Origin: an uncultured bacterium
GTDB lineage: Bacteria; Chlamydiota; Chlamydiia; Chlamydiales; SM23-39
Length of the DNA stretch: 64,000 nucleotides
Direction: 5' to 3'
Assembly (NCBI GenBank): GCA_963716985.1
Contig: OY970323.1
Location: forward strand, 1,024,001 to 1,088,000
Of the stretch, positions 38,919 through 49,641 are shown one piece after another. Positions within the stretch are counted from its first letter, which is position 1; each line of letters starts with the position of its first letter. Below the pieces are notes generated by a model that was not told the origin of the DNA, ran no database searches, and saw nothing but the letters and a program-made list of their open reading frames with translations. A program made the position numbers and the translations under genes.

Positions 38919-41900
38919 TTAGTAGTTGATGTTCCACTTTAGCGTGAATTTGCTCTGCTCTTCCTCTTGCATCGTCTCTGCTTGGAAGATAAATCCATGC
39001 TTCAGGTCTACCTCAACGCTGATGTTGGAGCTGTCTTCTTGCGTTCCTTGCGTTAGGGAAACAAGCACGTCCTTCGTGATATATTTTCCCACCTGGACGG
39101 CAATTTTTTCCGATTCGTCGGGGGCGGCTGCGGGAGAGGAGATGATGGTGAAGCGGTCAATGCCAAGGTTTTTTCGGGCCGCTTCTAATAGGTTGGACCC
39201 ATTGGAAAGGCTGGCAATGGTTGTGGCCAGCTGAATGGCTTGAATGCCGGAGATTTCAGAAATATCCTGCCCAAAGATCAGTAGCGACATGATGGAGCTT
39301 AAGGGAAGCGGAGGCAATGATTCGAAGGTAAGAGAGGGCGCATTTAACGGCCCTTTGAGGTGGGCAGAGATCACCACTCCTTTTTGCTGCACCTGTCCTG
39401 CAAGGGACAGAACGGGCAGGGCGCCGATGATTCCGGGGAAGATCAAAGAACCTTGCGTCAGGGTAAACACGCGGCCGGAAAAAGAGTAATCTCCATGAAG
39501 AAGATTTAACTGGCCCTTCGCAATGAGATCGGTATACGATCCTTCGATTTTCAAAGAGCCCATGCATTCGGCATTCAGGCCTTTTCCGGAGATCATGATG
39601 TGATCTTTGGCAAATAGGTCTAAATCTAAATAGAGCGGATAGGGAGTATAAGCGGCGGCGATTTCTTCTTGCTTTTTGGAAAAAGGATGGTTGCGGTAAG
39701 TAATGGTGAAGTCGGGCGAAAAGGGCGGAATGCGATCGGGGACGGAGAGTGAGGCTTTGTTTACTTCGATCCTGCCCACTGCTTTTGCAGAAAGCGAAGT
39801 TCCTTTGATTTGCAGTTTTCCCGAAGTTGTTGCATCGATCAGGTCGGTTTGTATGCTGCTAAGCTTGTCGAGGGCGGCAATGACGAGGAAAGGAAAATGT
39901 TTTTTGGGATCAAGGAGGAGCAGTCCCTTGGCAGCCAGAGATCCGTTATGGAGATCGGAAGCGGTCAGGGATTCGATTTGCAAAAGGTCCTTTTCGGCCT
40001 TGACTTTTGCTTGTAAATTCTTCAAATAGCTTCCGGTATAATAATTCTCATATGTCCCTTTTTCAAATTGGCAAAAACCGTTGAGCTCGGGATGGAGGAG
40101 TGTTTTGGAAAGCTCCATCCGGCACTGCAAATGACCTTTGATCCGATGGGTCCCTAAATCAAAAAAGTCCAAAAGCTCTTCAATGCCGCCATCATAGGTA
40201 AGACGAGAAAAAATAGGCGACTGCTTATCTAGCGAGAAGTGAAAGGGCAAGGGGGTAAGGAGCGCTTGGCCGAAGGCGGAAAACTCCATGATCTCCTTTT
40301 GATTCATGGCAAGGCGGCTCTTTACACTGTAGTTGTTGTCCGCTACCTGGATTTCTACGGCGCCCATGGCGTGAAGAGGGGTCTTTTCCGATAGGGAATA
40401 TACATCCAGCTTTTCTAAAGTCAAATGGATAGCGCCGTTCAGTTTTTGCTCTTTTTGGCGAAGAGTTGCGTCCATAGATGCATGTCCGCGCACGCGCAAA
40501 TTCAGGGGATTGAGAGAAAGAAAGTCGATGGGAAAATGCGTCGAATGCAATTGGATTTCTGCTTCTTGATGCGACAAAAAAATCGATCCCTCTAAAGAAG
40601 AGGAGGCCAGCTGAATGCGAAAATTTTTCATGGAAAATTGATCCGGCGACCATTCCCATTGAATGGGTTCGGGCGCTGCTAAGGGCTGCCCCAGAAGGTG
40701 GCCCGACAGAGCGTCAATAGTTACGAGCAGATCGTTTGGCGAAAACTTCCAAAAACCGCTCGATCGGATCTGAAACGGCTCTTTCCACATCCCGCTTAAG
40801 AAAAGTTCATAGGGCCAATTTTCTTGCCGGTTGGACGTCTCTAAAAAAAGCCCCTTGATGCCAATGTCGCGAAAGGAGGCATCCTGGAGTAAAAATTTAA
40901 GCAAGCCCTTCATTTCAGAAAAAGGCTCTTCGCTATCAAAGGAGAGGTAGGCTTTTTTTCCCGACAGGCTTTGGTAGTGAAAGTTTGTCAAATCGGCCTG
41001 TATTTGCGCTTCCTGCTTGCCCTTGGCATCCGGCGTGGAATAGAGGCGCAAGATCAAGTCGCCGCTTTCTGCAAGGAAGGGCAGATCGGGGAAAAGAGCG
41101 TAAAAAAGGTTCATCTTTTCAAATCGAACCTCGATTTTTCCGGTGAGGAGCCCGAGCGGCGTTCGTTTCAAAGAAGCGGAGGCATGGGCCGAGGGAAGCG
41201 TCAAAGAGGAAGAGCGCAAAGAAAAGACCGCCTCATCCTCCCATTGGAATTCCGCGGTGGCCTTGGCCTTTTCTTTCTTGAAGAAAAAAGTGGATTCAAG
41301 AGAGCCGTTTTCGTTGTGCTTAAGCTGCGAGTTGAGGGCCACGTCTTCAATGGTGTGTGGGCCGATCCGAATTTGAGGGGAGAAGAAGGAGATGTTGAAG
41401 AAAGGGCCAAGCTGAGCGTTGTAATGGAGCTCACCTGCCCCTTTTTCTAACACCAATGCGGGCAGGCGCGGCTCTTGAATGGACAGGTTTTTCGTCTTTA
41501 GAAAAAAGTCGCATTTTTGAAGACCTGACGGGACATCAAAAAAACAGGAGCCTTTTAGAGCGGTCTTGTCATTGACGTAATAAAGGTCGAAGAGCTTGCA
41601 ATTTCGACTCTCGGAAATCTGGAACGAAGAGGCGATTCGCCCTTTGTCGATCCTGAGGTTTTTGAACGGATCCTTTTCAAAGGAGGGAAGACCGATGATT
41701 TTTCCTTTGAGGAAGCCTTCAGCGGCGAGGTTTGTTGCAGCGCCTCTTTCGGAAGAGAGCATCCGATAAAAATTGTCCACCTTTCCCTTGCCGTCGATTT
41801 GCAGAAAAACAGAGGCGTCGTAAGGAAATGAAAAGAGAGAAGAGAGAGAGGGTGTGTCGAGGATGAGGCGCGAGCGGAAGGACCTGGTTTTTTTTGTGAT

Positions 41901-42485
41901 GCTCCCCACCAGTTGCAGCGAGGAGGCTTCCTCATCTTTGGGAGATGCGAGTAGTGCAAAAACAATCTCTTTTCCATTCTTCTCGATCTTTCCCTTGCCT
42001 TTGATGCGCCACTCCTTTTCCAGATGGAGGTCTTCGATCCGAAAAGAGGTTATTTCTAGAGTGAAAGGGGGCTCGACCCAGTGACTTTTGAGATGGATCC
42101 GGAACATCGGCAGCACCTCATTATTTTGAGGGGAGGACTCCATGAGAGTGACATTTTTGGCCACGACTTGAGAGAGCACAAGTTTTTTTACCAAGAGAGG
42201 CAGAGGAGATATGCGAATGGTCAATTGATCGATGGCCACCCGGCGCGATGATGTCGCTTGCAGACGCACCTCATCGAGCCGGAAGGAAAAGGGGGAGAGG
42301 ATTTCTGCCCTTTCTACAGAGATGTTGATCTGATTCTTTTGGCTCCAGGTATGAAGATAGGAGAGAAAATATTCCTGGCCCTTGCGCGTATGGAAAAGAG
42401 AGGCGAGCAGGATAAAAAAGACAAAGAGGCTCAAAAGGGAGTAAAGAAAGGTTTTGAGAAAAAGAAGAGGTAGTTTTTTCATCAA
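38919..42485 (-). CDS. tamB: TamB/DUF490 translocation-assembly protein
   Basis: 1188 aa, N-terminal TM, beta-rich body, C-terminal G.L..P.L.F.S.PPL, LGID, VGKYIT, KWNINY. Confidence 0.85.
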   Translation of the reverse strand: MMKKLPLLFLKTFLYSLLSLFVFFILLASLFHTRKGQEYFLSYLHTWSQKNQINISVERAEILSPFSFRLDEVRLQATSSRRVAIDQLTIRISPLPLLVKKLVLSQVVAKNVTLMESSPQNNEVLPMFRIHLKSHWVEPPFTLEITSFRIEDLHLEKEWRIKGKGKIEKNGKEIVFALLASPKDEEASSLQLVGSITKKTRSFRSRLILDTPSLSSLFSFPYDASVFLQIDGKGKVDNFYRMLSSERGAATNLAAEGFLKGKIIGLPSFEKDPFKNLRIDKGRIASSFQISESRNCKLFDLYYVNDKTALKGSCFFDVPSGLQKCDFFLKTKNLSIQEPRLPALVLEKGAGELHYNAQLGPFFNISFFSPQIRIGPHTIEDVALNSQLKHNENGSLESTFFFKKEKAKATAEFQWEDEAVFSLRSSSLTLPSAHASASLKRTPLGLLTGKIEVRFEKMNLFYALFPDLPFLAESGDLILRLYSTPDAKGKQEAQIQADLTNFHYQSLSGKKAYLSFDSEEPFSEMKGLLKFLLQDASFRDIGIKGLFLETSNRQENWPYELFLSGMWKEPFQIRSSGFWKFSPNDLLVTIDALSGHLLGQPLAAPEPIQWEWSPDQFSMKNFRIQLASSSLEGSIFLSHQEAEIQLHSTHFPIDFLSLNPLNLRVRGHASMDATLRQKEQKLNGAIHLTLEKLDVYSLSEKTPLHAMGAVEIQVADNNYSVKSRLAMNQKEIMEFSAFGQALLTPLPFHFSLDKQSPIFSRLTYDGGIEELLDFFDLGTHRIKGHLQCRMELSKTLLHPELNGFCQFEKGTYENYYTGSYLKNLQAKVKAEKDLLQIESLTASDLHNGSLAAKGLLLLDPKKHFPFLVIAALDKLSSIQTDLIDATTSGKLQIKGTSLSAKAVGRIEVNKASLSVPDRIPPFSPDFTITYRNHPFSKKQEEIAAAYTPYPLYLDLDLFAKDHIMISGKGLNAECMGSLKIEGSYTDLIAKGQLNLLHGDYSFSGRVFTLTQGSLIFPGIIGALPVLSLAGQVQQKGVVISAHLKGPLNAPSLTFESLPPLPLSSIMSLLIFGQDISEISGIQAIQLATTIASLSNGSNLLEAARKNLGIDRFTIISSPAAAPDESEKIAVQVGKYITKDVLVSLTQGTQEDSSNISVEVDLKHGFIFQAETMQEEEQSKFTLKWNINY

Positions 42486-44251
42486 AAGGTCTGTCCTATG
42501 CTTGCATAAAGTTGGTAGGGCGGGTCAAGCTGGCTCCTGCGGTTTAAAGGAAAACCGATATCTATGCTTAAGGGACCAAAAAAGGTAAAATAACGCAAGC
42601 CGATTCCGGTGGACTTGTACCATTTTTTCTTTGGGGTGGGGGCCATTTTGTCAGTGACGCATCCCAGATCGAAGAAGGGAACGATGCCAATGGTCGAGGT
42701 GATTCTCATCCGTGTCTCGACGTTCATGAAAATGGCCCCTCTTCCTCCAACGGGCCGGCCATTTTTATTTCGAGGGCTCACCGTGCGATATTTATATCCG
42801 CGAAGATTGATATAGGATCCTCCAAGAAAGAGCTTGGTCAGGGGAATGAAGTGGACCGAGGGGCCGAGGATCGAGCCGATCTCGGTGCGGAGGGCGAGGA
42901 CGAGCTTGTCTTCTTTAACAATGGGAGCATATGTTTCTAAGCCAAGCGTCTCTTTAAAGAAAAGGGAGCGGTGTCTGTGCGTATTGGCAGAAGGTATGGC
43001 TTTATAGACAAGCGTATATCCCGAAATGGGATTTAAGAGACTGGCGGTATTGGTGTTTTTCAAAAAAATGGGAAGGGAGAAAAGAAGATATTTTCCATCG
43101 TTGGCGCTATGCGTGACATCGATGTAATCCTCTGAGAGCCCCCAAGAGAATTCCCATCGTTTTTTTAACTTGCGATCGATTGCGGCGCTAGAGCCATAAG
43201 TGAAGGCAAGATAGGGGAAAATATCTTCGCGTTCTGCATAAAATCGCGCGATGAAGTCCTGATCGCTTCGAAGAAAATCGGGTTTGCGAAAAAGAGCGAG
43301 TCCCGAATAGCCTTTTTGCGAAAGCGATCCTTCCACGCTCAGCTGCTCTCCCATATGGCGCAAATTTCGGTGCGTCCATGCAAAATTGCATCCCATCCCG
43401 TCGACGGTGGCATAGCTAAGCCCTAAGCTCAGACTTTTATGCTTGGATTCGGTCAGGTGGATTTTCATGGGGAGTTCTTGATTTTCCGCAATCTGGTCGG
43501 CATGGGTAATCATTACGGAGCTGAAGAGATCGCTCTCGAGTATTTTCTTCTGCGTTTCATCAATTTGAGTCGTCGAGTAGGTATCTCCTCGCTTCCAAGT
43601 GACTTTGCCGTCGAGAAAACGGGGAGAGACGTCGATGAGTCCTGTCGTGGAAATGGAGCCAAAGCGGCACAAGGGGCCGAATTGTACGAAGATGGCGATG
43701 TGCAGCGCCTTTTCGCTGCCATCGGCGATCACTTCTTGATTTTCAATGGTTGCCAGAGGATAGCCCTCTTCGGCCAGATGGGATAAAAGAAGGAGTCTTG
43801 CCTGCAAAATTTTTCGCTCGTCGGCCGGCTCTTGTAAGTTCAGTCCAAGCTGCTTTAAGGAGATGGCGGAATACTCCTTATTCTCCTCGCAAGGCGCAAT
43901 GAAGATTTTATAGGACCCGAGGGTATAGTGCGGGCCCGACTCGATGAGAAAGGAGATAAAAATCACATCGCCCTGTGTTTGTAATGAGGGCGTGATCGTC
44001 GCATCGTAATAACCGTTTATGTGAAGAACCTTCATCAATTGAGGGAGATCGCGATCGATGCGATAGCGCAGGGCATTGATGGAGGGAGGCGGCTTTTTTC
44101 TCATCCGTATGAGATCCGATGTGTTTTTGAGCTCTTTGAGGGTCGAAAGGTCTTTCACCCCAATGAATTTTACCTCATAGCTCAGAGCGCATAAAGAAGC
44201 GCTTAGAAAGAAAAAGAAGAGGAAAAAAAAGATACTCTTCCGGCAGGCCAC
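42482..44251 (-). CDS. tamA: TamA/Omp85-family outer-membrane protein
   Basis: Signal peptide, POTRA-like region, GG...LRGY, G.GLRY.T.FGP...D.GFP, SIGQTF; overlaps tamB. Confidence 0.9.
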   Translation of the reverse strand: MACRKSIFFFLFFFFLSASLCALSYEVKFIGVKDLSTLKELKNTSDLIRMRKKPPPSINALRYRIDRDLPQLMKVLHINGYYDATITPSLQTQGDVIFISFLIESGPHYTLGSYKIFIAPCEENKEYSAISLKQLGLNLQEPADERKILQARLLLLSHLAEEGYPLATIENQEVIADGSEKALHIAIFVQFGPLCRFGSISTTGLIDVSPRFLDGKVTWKRGDTYSTTQIDETQKKILESDLFSSVMITHADQIAENQELPMKIHLTESKHKSLSLGLSYATVDGMGCNFAWTHRNLRHMGEQLSVEGSLSQKGYSGLALFRKPDFLRSDQDFIARFYAEREDIFPYLAFTYGSSAAIDRKLKKRWEFSWGLSEDYIDVTHSANDGKYLLFSLPIFLKNTNTASLLNPISGYTLVYKAIPSANTHRHRSLFFKETLGLETYAPIVKEDKLVLALRTEIGSILGPSVHFIPLTKLFLGGSYINLRGYKYRTVSPRNKNGRPVGGRGAIFMNVETRMRITSTIGIVPFFDLGCVTDKMAPTPKKKWYKSTGIGLRYFTFFGPLSIDIGFPLNRRSQLDPPYQLYASIGQTF

Positions 44252-44323
44252 AGGCTCTCTCTTTTAGATCATATGGAAAAATTATTGCTTTAATAGAGTC
44301 GCTCCGTCAACGAAAAAAAGAAC

Positions 44324-46036
44324 TTATTCCACCGTCGGGCAAAAACTGGAGGAGGTTTGGACCTCGGGTGTGGGCAAATTGCATAGGTTATGCGCATGCA
44401 AAAGCGCTGCGTCAATATTGGAAAAGCAATGCTCTTCTCCAACCTTTTTTAAGAAACCCGATCGTTTAAAGGCCTCTTTGAGCAAGGGAGGAACCCCGGA
44501 GAAGAGAAGAAGCGTTTTTTCCTTCTGAGTTTTTACGAAAAGATCTTCCAGTGCACGTATTCCGCTAGCGTCGATGGTGGGGACGTGGCGCATTCGTAAG
44601 ATCAAAACCTTGGGCACGCGATTGATCCGGCCAAGCGCGGATCGAAAATTTTCCGTGGCTGCAAAAAATAGGGGGCCGAAAATTTCAAAGACTTCGATCT
44701 CATCGGGAATTTTTCTTGCAGTGATCGCAAAGGGATCCTCTTTGTCCTCTTCTTCTTTGAGGCTTTCTTTCAGGAAACGATGCTTGGAAGATTTTACCAG
44801 TTTGTTCAAGAAGAGGAAGCTGGCGAGAATGATGCCCACCTCGATCGCCGTGACGAGATCGACGAAAACGGTGAGAAAAAAAGTACTCAAAAGAACGGCG
44901 ATGTCGGATTTGGGACTTCTAAAGAGTCTTGCAAAATGGCGCCATTCGCTCATGTTATAGGCGATAACGGCTAAAATGGCAGCCAGTGTGGCCATCGGGA
45001 TCCAGCACACCCAATTTCCAAAGAAAAACAGAATGAGGAGCAGAACGATTGCGTTGACAATGCCGGCAACAGGAGTCTGTGCTCCGTTTTTAATGTTGGT
45101 AGCCGTTCTGGCAATGGCGCCGGTCGCCGGAATGCCGCAGAAGAAGATCGTGCCGATATTCGCGATTCCTTGGGCAAAAAGCTCCATATTGGATCTGTGC
45201 CGGCGGCCTGTCATTCCATCTGCCACGACAGCCGAAAGCAGAGATTCGATGCCGGCCAATAGCGCAATGGCAATGGCGGAGGGGATGACCCGCAGCAGCA
45301 GATCGATATTCCACGACGGAATAGAAGGAGAGGGCAGAGAGGTGGGAATGGTTCCAAAACGATCCTTGATGGTTTCGATGGGTAGATGGAAGAGCTGAAC
45401 GATGGCGGTTGTCACGAAAATGGCAACAATCGCTCCCGGCACGCGTTTCGACACCTTGGGCCAAAAAATCATGATGCAAAGAGTTCCGAGTGCAATGAAA
45501 AAAGAAGATGGGTCGATGGATAAAAAATGATCGAGGAATAGAGCCCATCGCTTGTGAAATTCCGGAGGAAAAGAAGAAAATTTGATCCCGAAAAGATCGG
45601 GAATTTGTCCTGTAAAAATCACGAGCGCAAGTCCGCTTGTAAAGCCGATCGTTACAGGGTAGGGGATGAATTTGATGAATGCGCCAAAGCGAAAAACCCC
45701 CATAATGCATAGGAAAAGGCCGGCTACTATGGTCGCAAGAGCAAGGCCCTCATATCCAAATTGTTGAATGATCGTATGGACGAGAATGACAAAAGCGCCT
45801 GTGGGACCTGCGACCTGCACTCGAGAGCCTCCGAGCAAGGAGACGAGAAGTCCTGCGATGATGGCGGTGAATATGCCCTGTTCGGGCCTGGCTCCCGAAG
45901 CGATGGCAAATGAAATGGCCATGGGAATGGAAAGTATGCCGACGATGAAACCCGCCAGAGAGTCTTTTGCAAAAGTGGAGAAGCTATATCCTTCTTTAAA
46001 AGTAGTCCAAAGACTTGGAATCAAACGATTTTCCAT
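44324..46036 (-). CDS. SulP-family anion transporter with STAS domain
   Basis: D..AG..V....IP.A, GGS..Q..GPTGA, IESLLSAVVADGM, GAIARTATN, STAS GPLFF/IDASG. Confidence 0.95.
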   Translation of the reverse strand: MENRLIPSLWTTFKEGYSFSTFAKDSLAGFIVGILSIPMAISFAIASGARPEQGIFTAIIAGLLVSLLGGSRVQVAGPTGAFVILVHTIIQQFGYEGLALATIVAGLFLCIMGVFRFGAFIKFIPYPVTIGFTSGLALVIFTGQIPDLFGIKFSSFPPEFHKRWALFLDHFLSIDPSSFFIALGTLCIMIFWPKVSKRVPGAIVAIFVTTAIVQLFHLPIETIKDRFGTIPTSLPSPSIPSWNIDLLLRVIPSAIAIALLAGIESLLSAVVADGMTGRRHRSNMELFAQGIANIGTIFFCGIPATGAIARTATNIKNGAQTPVAGIVNAIVLLLILFFFGNWVCWIPMATLAAILAVIAYNMSEWRHFARLFRSPKSDIAVLLSTFFLTVFVDLVTAIEVGIILASFLFLNKLVKSSKHRFLKESLKEEEDKEDPFAITARKIPDEIEVFEIFGPLFFAATENFRSALGRINRVPKVLILRMRHVPTIDASGIRALEDLFVKTQKEKTLLLFSGVPPLLKEAFKRSGFLKKVGEEHCFSNIDAALLHAHNLCNLPTPEVQTSSSFCPTVE

Positions 46037-46127
46037 GTACTGCCAATCTTGAAGATGATTCAAACAGAAAATGGCATTATATCGCTCTTTTTTCACTCCC
46101 GTCAAGGGCAATTAACTAATGATATTA

Positions 46128-47173
46128 ACGCGATGTGCGAGTTTATAAAGCGAAAAATCGCCTATGCTTTTAAGAACAAAGCAACTGGTCAAACTGTAAA
46201 GGCTCGTTCCCTGCGTTTACATTAAGTTTAATGCCGACAGTATGCGCCAGTAATTTTCTCCAAAATCTTGAAAATTGATGCCATAAATCTCGCGCCCATA
46301 CTTTTTCAATCCGAAATCTATCATTGAGCTGCCCTATAACTGTTTCAACCAGTCGCCGAGTCCCTACCAGCCATTTCAAAAATTTCTTCGGTCTTTCATC
46401 TTTCATATTTTCTCTCAGCGAAGTTTGCAAGTACAACCCTTGTTTTTTGAGCAACTCTTTCAATCCAGGTCGTATAAAACCTTTGTCTCCCAACAAAAGC
46501 CCTCCGATTTTTTCCACAATCTCAGGACACACATCGCGCTCATCAATGTTTGCCTTGGCGAATGTAGCTGCTGTCACCACCCCTATTGAACTGATGACAA
46601 CATGGCCTCGAAAACCATAAAAGTGCTCTTTTTTTGTAGCACAATATCCATATGCAGCGTCGCCCTTGAAATTTTTGCTAAAGTGAGCTCTGGCAAATTT
46701 GCAAACTGGAATAGGAAGCCCGTCTATTATGTGCAATGAATCAGAAAGAGCATGTAGGTCAGTTGCTAAACTCTCTTGTAACAATCGCTTTACTACATGA
46801 AGGTTGGCCGCTTGCCTGACAAAATTCGAACGTGCAGGAATATTTGGAAAGAAATGCAACCAGTGCCTTTTGAAATATTCCCAAATGGTTTTGTCACGGT
46901 CCATTCCAAAAAATTCTCCAACGACCTCCATCGTAATAACCTCGCTGTCTTTCAATCTAGGCGAGGGACCTCTTTGACGAAATTTCTCGTCTGCAAGAAC
47001 CTTCTTCATCTCATCATCTATCAAACAAAAGGTGGTTATGATAAAATCATCAATCGACATGTCCTGAACTCCTGTTGTTGTTTTGTCGCAAAACAGTGTG
47101 CAGTAAGGACTTGTCATTTTTCAATTATTTTTTTACGTGTGATTTTTTGCTTTGAAAAACTCGCACATCGCGT
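46128..47173 (-). mobile_element. IS982-family element, copy 2 (inverted relative to copy 1)
   Basis: Same IRs and identical transposase translation; 7-bp TSD GATATTA. Confidence 0.95.
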
Positions 47174-47217
47174 GATATTAATTGAAAAATTTAGAATGAA
47201 TATAGTTTGTCTAAAAA

Positions 47218-47634
47218 TTAATTTTTCTCTTCTTTTTCCAATGCCTTCAGAGGCCGTATTTCCAGATGGGATTCTGAAAGCAGCACTCTTTCTCCGTCTA
47301 CCTCGACGAGGTATAATAAAGATTTAGAGCTTAAAACTCTTTTTTCGATAATTTTGATCTTCTTTTGCTCATTGATCTCTTTTTCTCTAGAGCGCATGAG
47401 ACGCTTGAGGGCCCAAACAGTCAGAATCAAAAGGCCGACGAGCAATCCAAGCGAGAGCAGCATGCGTCTGAAATAATGGGGAAAGGGAGAGACGAGCGGG
47501 GCATTCTCTTGGTTCTCCATAATATTCTGGACGACAAGAGAGCTCTCTTTTTCTTGAATGGTCGCATCTTTTGCAGGCTCTGCTCCCAATAACATGGAAG
47601 ACAGGCAGAAAAACAGCACGCAAAACTTTTTCAT
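47218..47634 (-). CDS. FliO-like protein
   Basis: Signal peptide, TM, then IKIIEKR.LS.KS.LYLVEV.G..VLL.ES. Confidence 0.75.
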   Translation of the reverse strand: MKKFCVLFFCLSSMLLGAEPAKDATIQEKESSLVVQNIMENQENAPLVSPFPHYFRRMLLSLGLLVGLLILTVWALKRLMRSREKEINEQKKIKIIEKRVLSSKSLLYLVEVDGERVLLSESHLEIRPLKALEKEEKN

Positions 47635-47740
47635 CGAAAAATTCCCTATTCAAGATTTTCTCGACTATACGATTTTTTGTTTTGCAAGAAAAGAAAATTG
47701 AGTCTTTGGAGTGGGGAAAATTTTTGTCTCTTTATTCATA

Positions 47741-47772
47741 AAAAAGACCGGTTCCAGATCAGCCGGTCTTTT
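47741..47772 (-). terminator. Intrinsic terminator
   Basis: aaaagaccgg...ccggtctttt stem with T-tract on the minus strand. Confidence 0.65.
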
Positions 47773-47829
47773 GCAAATGCTTGCAGATGGCATTGCGGTG
47801 AAAATTGCCATCGGCCCGCGGAAGAGATC

Positions 47830-48552
47830 TTAGCGTTGTTTTGCCGTCGCGGCACTGGTTGGCGCTGTGGCATTGGCAGGGGCGCAAGTGTTGTACACTG
47901 CGGCAGTAAGTTTATTTAACTGAACCCCCATTTTCTTTAGTTCAGCAACAACAGCAGGATCATTCAAACCTTCTGCCTTCGGGGACGCGAAGCGCTGTTT
48001 CACGCAATCGGGTATCCATCCTGGGAATTTTTCGGCAACAAAGATCCAAGCCGAGTGGATTTTCGTAATAATGGGCGCTCCTATTGCGCTTTTAGCCAGT
48101 TTTTCCCAGTAGGTGCCCACCCCGTTGGTGATTTTTACAATTTTTTCGGCAAACTGGTTTGGATACAGACATCCCAAAAGGGCGAGCGATGCGAGGGCCG
48201 GAATGACAAAGAAGGGTTTGTAGGAGGTCGGTGTCCAAGACCTGCGAGCGAGGAGGTGGTTCTGTTGGGCCTGTTTATTTGAAGACCGAATCCACATATT
48301 GACAGGCTTTGCAATGGCATTGTTATAGATTAATGCAAGAGCATTTTTTGCAAAGGAGGTGAAAAAGTCGAGCATCCAAGCACCGACTTTTGCTCCCGTT
48401 CTTACGAATGGATCGTGAATATCCTTTGTTTGTTCTGCCAGGTTTGTTACTTCATGGAGGCCCCAAGACATGCAGGTGAGTTCTTTTTTTAAGGCGACAT
48501 CGGGACGATAGTAAGGATTGAAAAACGAATTATTGAGGATGGATAAAACCAT
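47830..48552 (-). CDS. Array paralogue A (diverged)
   Basis: NNSFFNPYYRP.V.LK, GLH..TN, AL.YN, SW.PTSYK, TM. Confidence 0.75.
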   Translation of the reverse strand: MVLSILNNSFFNPYYRPDVALKKELTCMSWGLHEVTNLAEQTKDIHDPFVRTGAKVGAWMLDFFTSFAKNALALIYNNAIAKPVNMWIRSSNKQAQQNHLLARRSWTPTSYKPFFVIPALASLALLGCLYPNQFAEKIVKITNGVGTYWEKLAKSAIGAPIITKIHSAWIFVAEKFPGWIPDCVKQRFASPKAEGLNDPAVVAELKKMGVQLNKLTAAVYNTCAPANATAPTSAATAKQR

Positions 48553-48758
48553 GAGAAAAACCCTTTTTTGTATTTTTTCAAACATTCTAATCCTTTTCAT
48601 CGGTTAAGTCAATAGAAGCTTTTCTGCAATTATTTAAAAAGTTTTTTGAATAGACTTTGTTTCAGGACATCCCTTTTTCTCAAAAATGTCTTTTGCAAGG
48701 GATCTTTTGGTTTGGATTTTTGAAAAGCACTCATGATTGGAGCCGGTTGTTTACCTTA

Positions 48759-48792
48759 AAAAAAAGACCGACCCTTTGAGAGGGGTCGGCCA
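48759..48792 (-). terminator. Repeated terminator of array units (copies near 50918 and 52380)
   Basis: aaaaaaagaccgaccct..aggggtcggcc hairpin with T-tract on the minus strand. Confidence 0.7.
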
Positions 48793-48820
48793 TTGGTCTT
48801 TTGAAGATTCCCGTCCCTTA

Positions 48821-49609
48821 TCAGGAGGGAGGAGGGGGCGCGGGTTCAGGGGGTTTTTGTGGTTCTGGTGAAGAATCCCCCCCCTCGACAGGGGAGACGT
48901 TTCCTTTGGCCATGAGGATGTCGTCGGCAATTCTTGAGGTTATGAAGAAGGCGCGAGCTTTTTTTTCCCAGAGGGTGCCTGCAGTGAGTTGGTCATCATT
49001 TTTGATCAGAGCATGCAGTTTACGGCTAGGGCAGCAGCAAGCAAGAGAAATTGCCGCACCGCCTACGACTGTACCACCGATTGCTAGGGCTGCTTTTGTC
49101 CAACTCCGTGATGGAATTTCAGGTGAGATGTCGATGGGTTTTTGTGGTGTTGGTGGAACGATTTCTGGTGGTGTTGTTGGTTGGTCTGATGGTTTAGGTG
49201 TTTTGTCTATTGTTGGGAAAAAATATTTGTATCCAACGACAGCGATTGTGGCAAGAAGGAGAGCGTCAATTGCAAGTGCTCTGTAGGAAATAGGCTTCCA
49301 TGATTGTCGCGCTGCTTTGTCTTGTTCTCTGAGCACATGATTGGAAATTTGAATGAATTTGTTTCGGAGCGGCGCCAATGTAAGAATGTTGTACAAAAGT
49401 GCAAGTAGGCTGCAGGGGATCGCTGTGAAAAGGTCTGCCGCAAAAGCAGCTACTTTTGCCGCTGTGTTCCTGCCGTTCGTTTTTGCAAGGAAGTTTGTTC
49501 CAATATGCAATCCTAAGCGTATGCCGGCTTCTGCTTTCAAGGCAACGGCCGGGCGATAAAAAGGATTGAACCATGAATTATTGAATGGATTACTGATGGT
49601 TTTGACCAT
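48821..49609 (-). CDS. Array paralogue B
   Basis: Conserved ~130-aa N-block, TM1, Pro-rich linker, TM2-ACCC, unique tail. Confidence 0.8.
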   Translation of the reverse strand: MVKTISNPFNNSWFNPFYRPAVALKAEAGIRLGLHIGTNFLAKTNGRNTAAKVAAFAADLFTAIPCSLLALLYNILTLAPLRNKFIQISNHVLREQDKAARQSWKPISYRALAIDALLLATIAVVGYKYFFPTIDKTPKPSDQPTTPPEIVPPTPQKPIDISPEIPSRSWTKAALAIGGTVVGGAAISLACCCPSRKLHALIKNDDQLTAGTLWEKKARAFFITSRIADDILMAKGNVSPVEGGDSSPEPQKPPEPAPPPPS

Positions 49610-49641
49610 AAAAAAACCTCCGGCACTCATTTTGGTCATTG

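Noticed and set aside
35404..47173. Composite transposon that arrived as one unit
   Set aside because: Each IS982 has its own matching TSD and the outer flanks differ, so the insertions were independent
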